From the NCBI GenBank assembly GCA_048938855.1, contig JBHLLT010000023.1:1-43620 (forward strand): a stretch of DNA of 43,620 nt, in the 5' to 3' direction. The notes beneath the pieces are model-generated. The model was not told the origin of the DNA, searched no databases, and worked only from the letters and a program-made list of their open reading frames with translations. The DNA comes from Promethearchaeota archaeon (GTDB lineage Archaea; Asgardarchaeota; Lokiarchaeia; Sigyniarchaeales; SOKP01). Made by a program: the position numbers and the translations under genes. Below, piece by piece: positions 19,089 through 29,110 of the stretch (position 1 is its first letter; every line of letters starts with the position of its first letter).

Positions 19089-20896
19089 AGATCTAATTTT
19101 TTAGGTAAACCTGTTATAGGATCCCATTGACGATATTCATAAAATAATTCTTTTAATTTACTAAAATTAGGAGACTTGCCTGCCGAACCTCCTCTTTTAA
19201 ATGGGCGTAATAGGATTTGGGGCATTTTATCGTCTTTGGGTGTTAATCCCATTTTAATGTTAAACAATCTTTTCATATTGGCAATTCTCTCTCCAAATGA
19301 TTTAATCTCACTAAGTCCAAAATCAATTCCAGTTGCATATTTAATCATTTCAGCATTTTGAGAAGGTAAAGGATTACAAAATGAACACATTATGATGGAA
19401 CTATAAAGCGCTCTATAATCCATTAATATTGAGCAACATTCTGCCATTTCAAAATCATCATTATATGTATCAATTTGCTTGATCCCTATTTCTTCAAGTG
19501 GAATTCCCATTAAAACATAGTAAGCATCAATAGCATTATGTGAAGGGCCTCTTGGGCTCATTCCATAAGCGATTGCCATCCCATAATTAGAGCGACAATC
19601 ATGATAAGTAACTTCCAAATTATTAACTGTAGCAATTTCTTCGCTATTAATTTTATATTTTTTAGCTAGATAATTTGAACCTTCTGCTAGGTCATTTCCA
19701 ATTCCTTTTCTATTGGAAATATCATCTAATAGTTGTTCCACCATAGAAATATTACCCCATTCAAGACTCTTTCTATCTATATCTCTGATTAATCCGGTAC
19801 TTAGATCAAAATGATAAATTAAGCCTGCTATAACTCCACTTGCACTAATTGTATCAATACCGTAATCATTGCACTTTTTGTTAATATGTGCTATTGATCT
19901 TAGGTCATCGTTCAAGATCAAGCTTCCAAATCCACATAACGTTTCATATTCAGGTCCTTTAATTTCATTTGTTTTGTATTTTCCATCCTCTATCTTAATA
20001 ACCCTTCCGCATCCAATTACACAAGAATGGCAAAATGCCTGCTTTATTAATATTGTTTCAGCCATAGTTACCCCTGAAATATTTCTTGCTTTTTCCCATT
20101 TTGAGTCTGTATGATACTTTAAAGGTAATTCACCAGTTACATTATACATATCAAGTGCCGCAGCAGTTCCATAATCTCCTAGCAATTGAGTAGCAAACGA
20201 TGATTTAACATAGTCTCTCGCATTTTTTATTGCAATTGTTAATTTTTCTTTATTGAAAACTTTTAAATCTATATTAGATCCTTTAGCAATGATACCTTTT
20301 AATTTCTTTGAGCCAAAGATAGCACCCATTCCTGTTCTTCCTGCTGCTCTTTGTTCGGAAATTACACTTGCATACTTTACCAAATTCTCACCAGCAATTC
20401 CTATACAAGCAACCTTTGCTTTATCATTTCCAAACACTTTTTTAAGGGTTTGAGTTGTTTCAAATGTCCCTTTTCCCCATAATGACTTCGCATCTTTTAT
20501 TTGAACCTCATTATCCTTAATTTCAATGTATACAGGTTCGTCTGATGCACCTACTATTTCAATCCCATCATAACCAGCTTTCTTCACTTCTGCTCCAAAC
20601 CAACTTCCACAATTTGATTCTCCCCAAATTCCTGTATAAGGAGATTTAGAACAAACCACCCATCTTCCAGTATTTGGAGCAAAAGTTCCATTTAGCGTGC
20701 CTGTCATTATCATTATTATATTTTCAGGAGATAATGGATCAGTTTCCCTTTTTAACTTATCATACAGATACCTACATGCATATCCTGCCCCTCCTAAAAA
20801 GTTGGAAACAATTTCTTGATCTAAGGACACATTAGAAATATTTTTGCTGGTAAGATCAATTTTTATTATTTTTCCTCGATAAGAATACAAAATCAT
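19085..20896 (-). CDS. aor: Aldehyde:ferredoxin oxidoreductase family (tungstopterin)
   Basis: FLGGAG, KSPYTG, AGYDG, GENLV, RAAGRTGMGAIFGSKKLK, CHSCVIGC, GPEYET, GIDTIS. Confidence 0.93.
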   Translation of the reverse strand: MILYSYRGKIIKIDLTSKNISNVSLDQEIVSNFLGGAGYACRYLYDKLKRETDPLSPENIIMIMTGTLNGTFAPNTGRWVVCSKSPYTGIWGESNCGSWFGAEVKKAGYDGIEIVGASDEPVYIEIKDNEVQIKDAKSLWGKGTFETTQTLKKVFGNDKAKVACIGIAGENLVKYASVISEQRAAGRTGMGAIFGSKKLKGIIAKGSNIDLKVFNKEKLTIAIKNARDYVKSSFATQLLGDYGTAAALDMYNVTGELPLKYHTDSKWEKARNISGVTMAETILIKQAFCHSCVIGCGRVIKIEDGKYKTNEIKGPEYETLCGFGSLILNDDLRSIAHINKKCNDYGIDTISASGVIAGLIYHFDLSTGLIRDIDRKSLEWGNISMVEQLLDDISNRKGIGNDLAEGSNYLAKKYKINSEEIATVNNLEVTYHDCRSNYGMAIAYGMSPRGPSHNAIDAYYVLMGIPLEEIGIKQIDTYNDDFEMAECCSILMDYRALYSSIIMCSFCNPLPSQNAEMIKYATGIDFGLSEIKSFGERIANMKRLFNIKMGLTPKDDKMPQILLRPFKRGGSAGKSPNFSKLKELFYEYRQWDPITGLPKKLDL

Positions 20897-21053
20897 ATCA
20901 ACTGTGTTTGGTTTTTTCGACTTTTTATTATTATCAAAAGGTTATTTTTATTTATTTTTTCCAGTATTTAATTTTCCTTATTAAATTTTAAATGTTAATG
21001 CTTTATGGATTATTAAATAAATTTTTTTAAAATATTACTTTCCAATAATAATT

Positions 21054-21560
21054 ATGACATCGCAAAATTCACTCAAATGGGAGGATCTCGTATCTCCAAC
21101 ATTATCCCCTGATGAATATTTAGAAAATTATGGGAGTAAAGTTCGAAATGTTTATGATAAATATCAGCCAAAATCAGAAGTACTTGATAAAATTAAAGAA
21201 CTATTAAAAAAAAAGAAAGAAAAGTTAAAGATTGTGGCATTAGGTGCTGATTGGTGTCCAGATTGTTCAAGAAATATACCCAGCATGATAAGAATAGCAA
21301 AAGAAATAAATGGCAAAGATATTGAGTTAAAAATACTATATGGTATAATGAAAAACGCATTGCCTAAACCAGGGGAACCAATTTGGCACAAAAATCGCTC
21401 CCCACCGGAAGCAACCGATCCTAAATTTGATTTAAAAGCCATACCAACTTTTTACTTTTTTAACCATTCTGGTGAAAAATTGGGCGCAATTGTTGAGAAT
21501 CCAGAATATGAATCAACATTGGAAGAGGATATTTTAAAAATCTTAAAAAGAAACCTTTAA
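21054..21560 (+). CDS. Thioredoxin-family protein
   Basis: WCPDC active site and cis-Pro motif AIPTF. Confidence 0.87.
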   Translation: MTSQNSLKWEDLVSPTLSPDEYLENYGSKVRNVYDKYQPKSEVLDKIKELLKKKKEKLKIVALGADWCPDCSRNIPSMIRIAKEINGKDIELKILYGIMKNALPKPGEPIWHKNRSPPEATDPKFDLKAIPTFYFFNHSGEKLGAIVENPEYESTLEEDILKILKRNL

Positions 21561-21648
21561 ATTATATCTGTATTTTTCTAAGGCTTCATTTCTTATATTA
21601 TATTAAATTACATCAAAATTTAAATTTCAAATAAGCCATATTAATTTT

Positions 21649-23691
21649 ATGTCGAAATTAAAAGTAAAAAAAGTAATTATTTTCAAACACGGCGTCTCTT
21701 ATTACATCCTTGAAGGTATTCAGAAAGGTTCTGGTAAGTTTGAACTTGAATTTAAAATTGATGAAATGAATGACATCTTAAAGTCACTTTTTGTCTTAGA
21801 TACAAGTGAGAAAGGATACATATCATCAATATCTTACGACGCAGCCTTAGAAACCAATCAATTATTAAAATCTATAATGCTGAACATTCCTGATCAAAAT
21901 TCTTTTTCATCTCTTGTGACTCAGATTAAAGGCGCCGAGGTTATTTTAACTGTTGGTGGCGCTAAAAAAATCTCTGGAAAAATAATGGGTATTGAATTTA
22001 TAGAAAAATTAAGTAAAGACGAGAAAATTATTGAGAAATCATTGACACTTCTTCAAGATGATGGATTAATAACTAAATTTAATTTTACAGAAATTCGTTC
22101 ATTAGAAATTCAAAATGAAGAGATACAAAAAGACTTAAAATTCTTTTTAGATACAGTAATCGCTGGGAAGAAGAAAGATGCAAAGAAAATTATAATAAAC
22201 TGTGAATCTGGTGGAGATGATTCAAGTGAAAGGAATATATATGTATCATATATTCGTGAAAGTCCGATCTGGAAAACATCCTATAGGTTAATCATGAGTA
22301 AACAACAAGCATCAGAGCAAAAATGCTTGCTATCTGGTTGGAGTTTGATTGAAAACACTACAAATCAAGATTGGGAAGATATTGAACTCTCTTTAGTTGC
22401 AGGAATGCCAGTTTCTTTTATATATGAATTTTACCGGCCAATATTCATCCAACGTCCTGTTATTCAACCTCCCAAAGTTTTAAGTGCAAGACCTACAGAA
22501 ATTGAAGAGGGATTAGAATTGGAGAAATTCGAAGACTATGCAATGTCAGAAATGGAAGCAAGACCTGTTGCAATGAAAAAAGCTAAAGCTCTTAGAACTG
22601 GAATGCCCCCTCCCGCAGCTCCTGCTGGTGGTTTTGGGCGTATGCAGGGTATCATGTCAGATGATGAAATTTATGATAAGGTTAAATCTCAAGTTAAAAC
22701 CCAGACAAAAGATTTAGGGGAATTATTTGAGTATAATATTTCAAATCCTGTAACTATTAAACGTAAACAATCTGCTTTGGTTCCAATTCTTACAGAATCA
22801 ATTAAAGCAAAAAAAATTTTGCTTTATAACAAAATAGAACAAGATAAAAATCCTAATGCATGTTTAGAAATCACTAATAATACCAATTTAACACTTGAAA
22901 GAGGCCCTGTAACAATCATTTATGACGATAATCTTGCTGGTGAAGCTATTATTCCTTTCCTAAACAAAGAAGATACTAGATTATTAAATTATGCCATAGA
23001 ACAAGCAGTAATTATAAACCATGAACAAAAATCTGAGAATTTATCAGTTCATAGAGTTACATTTGGTAGTGGGTATTCTTATGAATATTATTATACCAAT
23101 ATGATGACCACATATAAAATAAAGAATAAAACAGATGAAGAAAAGGAATTATACCTTGATCATCCCAAAACCCATGATTATAAGTTTATAGAAAAGCCTA
23201 TTGAACCCGAAGAGACTGCAAATTATTGGCGATTTAAATTAACATTAAAACCTAAAGACGCTGTTACCTTTAAATTAAAGGAACAAAGAGAGAATTACTC
23301 AAGTAATTATTTATGGAATTATAGTAAAGAAGACCTATTGAAAAGAGTAGTTTTTTATGTAAAAAAGAAATTTATTGACCCTGAACTAGAAACAAAATTA
23401 AAAGAAATAGCTGATTTAATTCAAACTTTAAATGATTTGAGATCTACAGAAGATAAGTTAAATGAAGAGAGGGATCTAATGACTGATGAACAAGCAAGAC
23501 TTAGAGAAAATATCTCGGTTTTAGGAGAAGATAGTCAATCTATATCCTTAAAAGAACGATATATAAAAAAATTAAATACTCAAGAAAGTAGGTTTGAAGC
23601 AATTAATAAAGAACTAAAGACATTAGATAAAAAAATAAAAGAATTAAACTCTGATATTGAAAATAAAATGAATCTACTTTCTAAACCCTAA
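21649..23691 (+). CDS. DUF4139-domain protein with C-terminal coiled coil
   Basis: VIIFKHGVSY, MNDILKSL, PIWKTSYRL, ENTTNQDWEDIELSLVAGMP, GELFEYNI, EQARLRENI. Confidence 0.85.
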   Translation: MSKLKVKKVIIFKHGVSYYILEGIQKGSGKFELEFKIDEMNDILKSLFVLDTSEKGYISSISYDAALETNQLLKSIMLNIPDQNSFSSLVTQIKGAEVILTVGGAKKISGKIMGIEFIEKLSKDEKIIEKSLTLLQDDGLITKFNFTEIRSLEIQNEEIQKDLKFFLDTVIAGKKKDAKKIIINCESGGDDSSERNIYVSYIRESPIWKTSYRLIMSKQQASEQKCLLSGWSLIENTTNQDWEDIELSLVAGMPVSFIYEFYRPIFIQRPVIQPPKVLSARPTEIEEGLELEKFEDYAMSEMEARPVAMKKAKALRTGMPPPAAPAGGFGRMQGIMSDDEIYDKVKSQVKTQTKDLGELFEYNISNPVTIKRKQSALVPILTESIKAKKILLYNKIEQDKNPNACLEITNNTNLTLERGPVTIIYDDNLAGEAIIPFLNKEDTRLLNYAIEQAVIINHEQKSENLSVHRVTFGSGYSYEYYYTNMMTTYKIKNKTDEEKELYLDHPKTHDYKFIEKPIEPEETANYWRFKLTLKPKDAVTFKLKEQRENYSSNYLWNYSKEDLLKRVVFYVKKKFIDPELETKLKEIADLIQTLNDLRSTEDKLNEERDLMTDEQARLRENISVLGEDSQSISLKERYIKKLNTQESRFEAINKELKTLDKKIKELNSDIENKMNLLSKP

Positions 23692-23745
23692 AGATCAATA
23701 TTATATTTTTTTTGTTATAAATTTATATCCTAAATTAATTTATTT

Positions 23746-24459
23746 TTGTTAAGAATGCTTAATAATACAAACCTTAGTAGTTTTAAAAGCTTAATTTATC
23801 GAAGTGGATGGCTCTATAATGCAGTGACCCGTAGATTATATGATCAAGATACAAAATTTTACACCATTGCTTCAATAATTGGTACAGGGCCAAAAAGAAT
23901 TTTAGATTTCCCATGTGGAACTGGATATTTAATGCGTTTTTTGCATCCTGATATTGAATATGAAGGAGTAGATCTTAATCACCGATTTTTGAAGCGTATA
24001 AAAACCAAAGAACTGAAAAAGAGGAATATAAAATTAAAAAGAATCATAATTCAAAGGAAAAACATTTTCGATTTTCAAGATTATAGGGGAGAAAAAAAGG
24101 ATGTTATTGTTCTATGTGATATCTTACATCATGTATACCCTAAACATATTGATTTAATAAACATAGCAAAAAAGATCGCTCATAAAATTATTTTATGTGA
24201 ACCTTATGTTATTAAACCTACAGAAATCACTGCTCGTGATAAATTATTTAAATTAATCATATTTTTAGGTAAATTCCTACCAAAACCTTTATTCAAAATT
24301 GTAGATTTCTTATTTTTAGATAATGATGGTATTAATAAGTATCACCGAAGATCACGATGGAATCTTGATGAAAAAAGCCTAAAACAATTTTATAAAGCTA
24401 TGGGATTCAACAATATAAAAAAAATTATGGATGAATATATTGCTATTTGGGAACCTTAA
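23746..24459 (+). CDS. Class I SAM-dependent methyltransferase
   Basis: ILDFPCGTG, YEGVDLN, DVIVLCDILHH. Confidence 0.85.
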   Translation: MLRMLNNTNLSSFKSLIYRSGWLYNAVTRRLYDQDTKFYTIASIIGTGPKRILDFPCGTGYLMRFLHPDIEYEGVDLNHRFLKRIKTKELKKRNIKLKRIIIQRKNIFDFQDYRGEKKDVIVLCDILHHVYPKHIDLINIAKKIAHKIILCEPYVIKPTEITARDKLFKLIIFLGKFLPKPLFKIVDFLFLDNDGINKYHRRSRWNLDEKSLKQFYKAMGFNNIKKIMDEYIAIWEP

Positions 24460-24486
24460 GATCAAATCGAGGGGGATTTTCTTAGT

Positions 24487-25152
24487 ATGTTAAATATTAC
24501 CTTATCACTATGGGATACAGGAGGACAAGAAAGATTTGACTTTTTTAAGACAGATTTCTTTAAAGGCGTTGCGGCAGTTGGTTTAGTTTTTGATTTGAGT
24601 CGTCCTGATACTTTTGATAAGATAGATGAATATTTCCATGAGATTAGAACACGCTCTGGAAATATTCCTATATTTCTAATTGGAAATAAATATGATCTGA
24701 TAAGTGATATTGGTGAAACAATCCCTAGAGAAAAAATACTCCATAAAGTGAATCAATACTATCTATTCGAATACATAGAAACTTCTGCATTAGACAATAA
24801 AAATGTTCAAAGTTTATTTTATCGACTAACAATTACAGCATTATTAGATTTCAAAGCAAGATTAGGAGAAATTGAAGATAGTAATCACTTTAGGTTTAAA
24901 ATTTTACTAACAGGGGCAGCAGCTGTAGGGAAATCATCCTTAATTAGAACATTTACAGATAAAAGCTTTATAGAGAATTACAAACTAACTGTTGGTTTGG
25001 ATTTTATGACACAGAAAATCGAGATTCCTGAAAATAATCTTCCTAAAGAAACTCTGGAATTAATTAAGAAATCAGTTAAAACCTATAAAAAAGTAACTAG
25101 AAAATTGCATAAAAAAGAAGAATTACATGAAATTTCAGAGTCATATAAATAA
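24487..25152 (+). CDS. Circularly permuted Rab-like small GTPase (G3-G4-G5-G1-G2)
   Basis: WDTGGQERF (aa 9), NKYD (aa 67), ETSA (aa 98), then KILLTGAAAVGKSS (G1, aa 143) and TVGLDF (G2, aa 168). SD-like GAGGGGGA upstream. Confidence 0.88.
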   Translation: MLNITLSLWDTGGQERFDFFKTDFFKGVAAVGLVFDLSRPDTFDKIDEYFHEIRTRSGNIPIFLIGNKYDLISDIGETIPREKILHKVNQYYLFEYIETSALDNKNVQSLFYRLTITALLDFKARLGEIEDSNHFRFKILLTGAAAVGKSSLIRTFTDKSFIENYKLTVGLDFMTQKIEIPENNLPKETLELIKKSVKTYKKVTRKLHKKEELHEISESYK

Positions 25153-25301
25153 ATTTAAAGCTTTAATATAATATAACGCAGACAATATTTCTTAATATGT
25201 AAAAACTCCTTATAGTGTTTAATATTGCCTATTTGAATTAGCAATCCAACGTTCATGTTGATTTACATATGGATTAACTTATCTAATTGACTTGACGTAA
25301 G

Positions 25302-26147
25302 TCATAATTCTATTCTTAATCCATCATAAGCGAACATTAATCCAGGATTCTTCTCTTCGATAGCCTTGCGTTCAGTAGGACTTAAACCTGTAATTAATTT
25401 ATTTATATTCCAACTGTGAAAGGAAGCATGAGTTATAATGCATTTTGGAATACCCAATGTTTTCCAGAAATCAATAGCGTCAAAAATAGAGAAATTTCCC
25501 CATTCTTGAAATGTCTTTCCCTTGGGTAGAACTAATTTGTCAACAGTTCCTTCTAGTATTATAAAATCTAATTTGATTTCTTTCAATCGATTAATTGTCC
25601 TCTTTGGAGGAATAACTCCATCAACTAAATATGCAAAAGTTGTATTGGGAGTTGAAATAATATAGCCAACACTACCAACTGAATGAATTGTTTCTACGAC
25701 TTCAACGGTGACATCAGGGATTTTGATTATATCTCCTGGTTTCAATGGATGGATTTTATATTGATGTTTCGCCCATGAAAAACCACTTTTTTCAAAGTAT
25801 TTTAGGTATTGCTCGGGGAGATATAAATCGATTGTAGTTTTTTTACAAATTCCAAGTTCACCTAGTAGAGGAAAAGCGCCGAGCCCAAAGCAATGATCAT
25901 AATGCCAATGTGTTAAAAATATTCTATCAACAGATAATATCCTTTCTCGATCAAGTTGGAATTCAATATCAGGTCCCGCATCAATTAAGATGTTTTCTTG
26001 TCCTAATAACATTGCTGAAGCTCTTGTCCGTCGTAACTTAGGATTTTTTCTTGCATCTTCACATGTAAGACAAGAACAAAGACATAAAGGAACTTGTATT
26101 CCTCCACTACTACCCAGAAATATTAGATTTAGAATATCCTCACCCAT
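25302..26147 (-). CDS. Metallo-beta-lactamase fold hydrolase (PhnP-like)
   Basis: FLGSSGG..VP.CxCxxC, LIDAGPD, THWHYDH, late TH motif. Confidence 0.88.
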   Translation of the reverse strand: MGEDILNLIFLGSSGGIQVPLCLCSCLTCEDARKNPKLRRTRASAMLLGQENILIDAGPDIEFQLDRERILSVDRIFLTHWHYDHCFGLGAFPLLGELGICKKTTIDLYLPEQYLKYFEKSGFSWAKHQYKIHPLKPGDIIKIPDVTVEVVETIHSVGSVGYIISTPNTTFAYLVDGVIPPKRTINRLKEIKLDFIILEGTVDKLVLPKGKTFQEWGNFSIFDAIDFWKTLGIPKCIITHASFHSWNINKLITGLSPTERKAIEEKNPGLMFAYDGLRIEL

Positions 26148-26230
26148 TATTGATTCACCCAACAACGTGTATACTAATTATCGTTTCTATTAAATTTTTT
26201 AGGGTTTATATCATTTATCTAATTACTAAT

Positions 26231-27226
26231 TTATACAAAATGAGTTTGACTTGCTATCATGTCTGCTGTGTGTATTAATGTTGCCAGTTCGTTCATTTCT
26301 ATAGGATAATATTTACTCCATTGGCCATGATGAAAAATTATTGCTTTATACATTTCATCATCAAAAAATAGAATAGGGCTTTGGTTCTTAAGAACTGCAA
26401 TTGCTTCTTCTACATGATAATGCCTTCCCTCATAGTTAAACTTATTTGAAATTTCTTCATGTATAATATCTAATTCATATCGCGAAACTGCAATTTTAGA
26501 AGTAGTATTCTTCCTCTTAAAAGAATAATAGGAAATTTTTCCAAAATCATGATAAATCGCAGTTAATATTGCCTTTTTAATTTCTACATTGTATTCATCA
26601 GATTTACCCATAATATATGTATAGTTTGTTACTAATAGAATATGATCGAATAATCCTCCTTCATAGCTACCATGAAACCCTCTCAATGCAGCAGGTAATC
26701 TTTTTGCTTCCATTAAAATTTCTTTTAAACAACCCCTTGCATCATCTCCAAGTTCAGAAAGCTCAAAAAAGAAGTCAAATCCCTTATAATCAAAATCCAA
26801 CTGATTTTTAAGATCCTTATCCACAAAATGGTTCATATCTTCTAAATCTTGATCACTTATTTGAACTTGTCGGCTTGATTTTGAATTGAATTCGGTCAAT
26901 AAAAGAGTTGCAAATTCAGAATCTTGTTCATATAAATTAAGGAAAAATTTTGCGATATGCTTACAAAATTTATTATTTGGCTTTTTTCTTGCTAAAAAAT
27001 CAGGACAGTTATGGTTAATAACATCATAAGAATTTACTTTTGTTATATCTATAGATAATTTATAGGGAACAATACTATTTCCTTGAATTTCCGCATTGAT
27101 TAATCCAACCTCTTTATTAGTTTTTATTATTCTTATAGAAGTATTTGAAACTGAAGCTGCTTTATTTATTGTGTTACTGTCAGCAAATTTTTTAAATAAT
27201 TCTTCGAAATCCATATCTTTTAGCAC
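26231..27226 (-). CDS. SWIM zinc finger fused to an HD-domain phosphohydrolase (YhaM-like HD)
   Basis: HNCPDF...CKH SWIM motif; FHGSYEGGLFDH, YHDFGK, HHG, IHTADMIAS. Confidence 0.82.
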   Translation of the reverse strand: MLKDMDFEELFKKFADSNTINKAASVSNTSIRIIKTNKEVGLINAEIQGNSIVPYKLSIDITKVNSYDVINHNCPDFLARKKPNNKFCKHIAKFFLNLYEQDSEFATLLLTEFNSKSSRQVQISDQDLEDMNHFVDKDLKNQLDFDYKGFDFFFELSELGDDARGCLKEILMEAKRLPAALRGFHGSYEGGLFDHILLVTNYTYIMGKSDEYNVEIKKAILTAIYHDFGKISYYSFKRKNTTSKIAVSRYELDIIHEEISNKFNYEGRHYHVEEAIAVLKNQSPILFFDDEMYKAIIFHHGQWSKYYPIEMNELATLIHTADMIASQTHFV

Positions 27227-27347
27227 TATTTCACATAAAATGTTAAAAAATTATTTAAAACAGTAGTCCCTAATTAATTTAAGTTTTTAAACCAAAAAAA
27301 ATTAAATAATCATATCTTTATTATCTTAAAAAATTAAGGTGTGAATT

Positions 27348-27557
27348 TTGAGTATTGATGAGTTACAAGATCAAGTCGATAAGTTATTAGAAGAAATGGA
27401 TGAACTTCAAGAAGTATGTGATACGCTTCCTCAATGTGACGAAGATGATGGATGTGCAACCTGTGAAACCAATAAGAAGATCGAGGCTCTTGAAGAGAAA
27501 ATTGAAGCACTTGAAAACAAGATAGAAGAATTAATGGGAGAAGAAGAGGAAGAGTAA
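27348..27557 (+). CDS. Small acidic coiled-coil protein with a central 4-Cys cluster
   Basis: Heptad repeats flank C-x5-C-x5-C-x2-C; SD AAGGTG before TTG. Confidence 0.75.
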   Translation: MSIDELQDQVDKLLEEMDELQEVCDTLPQCDEDDGCATCETNKKIEALEEKIEALENKIEELMGEEEEE

Positions 27558-27634
27558 GATTCTCTCATTTCAAACTTAAAACTCCCATATTTTGTTTTAT
27601 TCTATTAATTTTTACTAATTTTATACTCTATATA

Positions 27635-28921
27635 CTATAAATTTTTAAATTGATATCTTAAGTTTCTTGACATAATGAAACTTTGAATTTGCCTACTCCC
27701 TCCAATTATTTCTTGAATTCTCGAAATATTTAGGTAATCATGCATTAGTGTATTATCGCATAACCCGGCACCACCCATTATATTTGCAGCTTCATAACAA
27801 ACTTTTTTAGAGAGTAGGGCACAGTTATATTTATATTGGCTACCTAAGGTAACAAAAGCACGGGAGATATTCTCTGGTAAATATCCTTGATACTTTTCCA
27901 TCTTAGCATCGTAAATTTCACAGAACTTTAAAATTCCATGAGTAAGAGCTGTTGTTTTAGCTAACAAATCCGTTAATGTAAAACCTACTCCTTGAAATAA
28001 TAAAATCTCTTGATCAAATTGTTTTCGCATATTAGCATAAATAATTGCATGGCTTAATGCTCCCCAACATTCACCTACACCTCTCACAGCAATCGAAATT
28101 CGTTCAGGAACCAAGCCTTCAAATAAATGTTCCCTTCCTTTCCCGATTCCCCCTAAAATATATTCCTTTGGAACTCTAAGATTAGTTAATTTCTCTTTAC
28201 CAAGGTATAATTTAGGGACCCAGGGTATTCCTACACGCTCACAATTCCACCCTTCCCAAGACGTATCAATAAGAAACTGACCCATTAGATTTCCATTATT
28301 TTGTTCCGCAGTAGCATATGCAACGGCCCATTTTGCCTTTGGCGCATTTGTGTTAAAGATTTTAGTTCCATTTAAAAGAAATGAGCCATCTTCTTGTTCC
28401 TCGCAGGTAGTTAGCATATGAACCGCATCAGAACCCCTCTCTGGTTCGGTAATTAATAGACAGCCGGTGGTTTTTCCAGTTACAAGTTCTTTTAATGCTT
28501 CAAGTCTAACAGGTACATTTTCATGATGTTCATATATTGGGTTGATGCAAATAACGGTTGCTCCACTTCCCATAGTAAATTGAGGATCAAACATATCAAC
28601 CGCTAATATTCGCATGAAATCCATTGTCATTCCAAATTCTTTATAATTCAAATCAACACATTCATATGCATGCTGACGAGTAATATATCCTTGTTCACCA
28701 AAAGTAGAGTACCAATCATAAATGTCTTCAGTAGGTCCATGGGTGATCTTGTTATCTTTTTCAAATTTTAGGCAGAAATCTTGAACTTCTTTTAGAAACA
28801 TAAATTGGTTTTTAGCTAGAATAAAAGACAAATTCTCATTTAGGAATTTATACCTATTACTGAGATTTAATTTTTCTAAGATCTCATCATTAATAACTTG
28901 AGTTTCAAACCTTTTTTTCAT
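27635..28921 (-). CDS. Acyl-CoA dehydrogenase (paralog 1)
   Basis: ITEPERGSDA, LNGTKIFNTN, RKQFDQEI, MGGAG. Confidence 0.92.
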   Translation of the reverse strand: MKKRFETQVINDEILEKLNLSNRYKFLNENLSFILAKNQFMFLKEVQDFCLKFEKDNKITHGPTEDIYDWYSTFGEQGYITRQHAYECVDLNYKEFGMTMDFMRILAVDMFDPQFTMGSGATVICINPIYEHHENVPVRLEALKELVTGKTTGCLLITEPERGSDAVHMLTTCEEQEDGSFLLNGTKIFNTNAPKAKWAVAYATAEQNNGNLMGQFLIDTSWEGWNCERVGIPWVPKLYLGKEKLTNLRVPKEYILGGIGKGREHLFEGLVPERISIAVRGVGECWGALSHAIIYANMRKQFDQEILLFQGVGFTLTDLLAKTTALTHGILKFCEIYDAKMEKYQGYLPENISRAFVTLGSQYKYNCALLSKKVCYEAANIMGGAGLCDNTLMHDYLNISRIQEIIGGSRQIQSFIMSRNLRYQFKNL

Positions 28922-29110
28922 TTTCACATACCTTATCATTTGTTTATTTAATTTACATAAAATCCAATTTCGACATTTTTTTTAAACTAGTAATATAAAA
29001 AAAATGAACAAACTTTATTATAGAATACTAAGTTATATTTAAAGTGTATATTTATCATAGAAATTAAAAAAGACTAAAAAAAAATAACAAAAATTAGAGA
29101 GTAAAAGAAT

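Noticed and set aside
26231-27226. Cas3''-type HD nuclease / CRISPR locus
   Set aside because: No cas genes or repeat-spacer array in the window; the motif pattern is YhaM-like.
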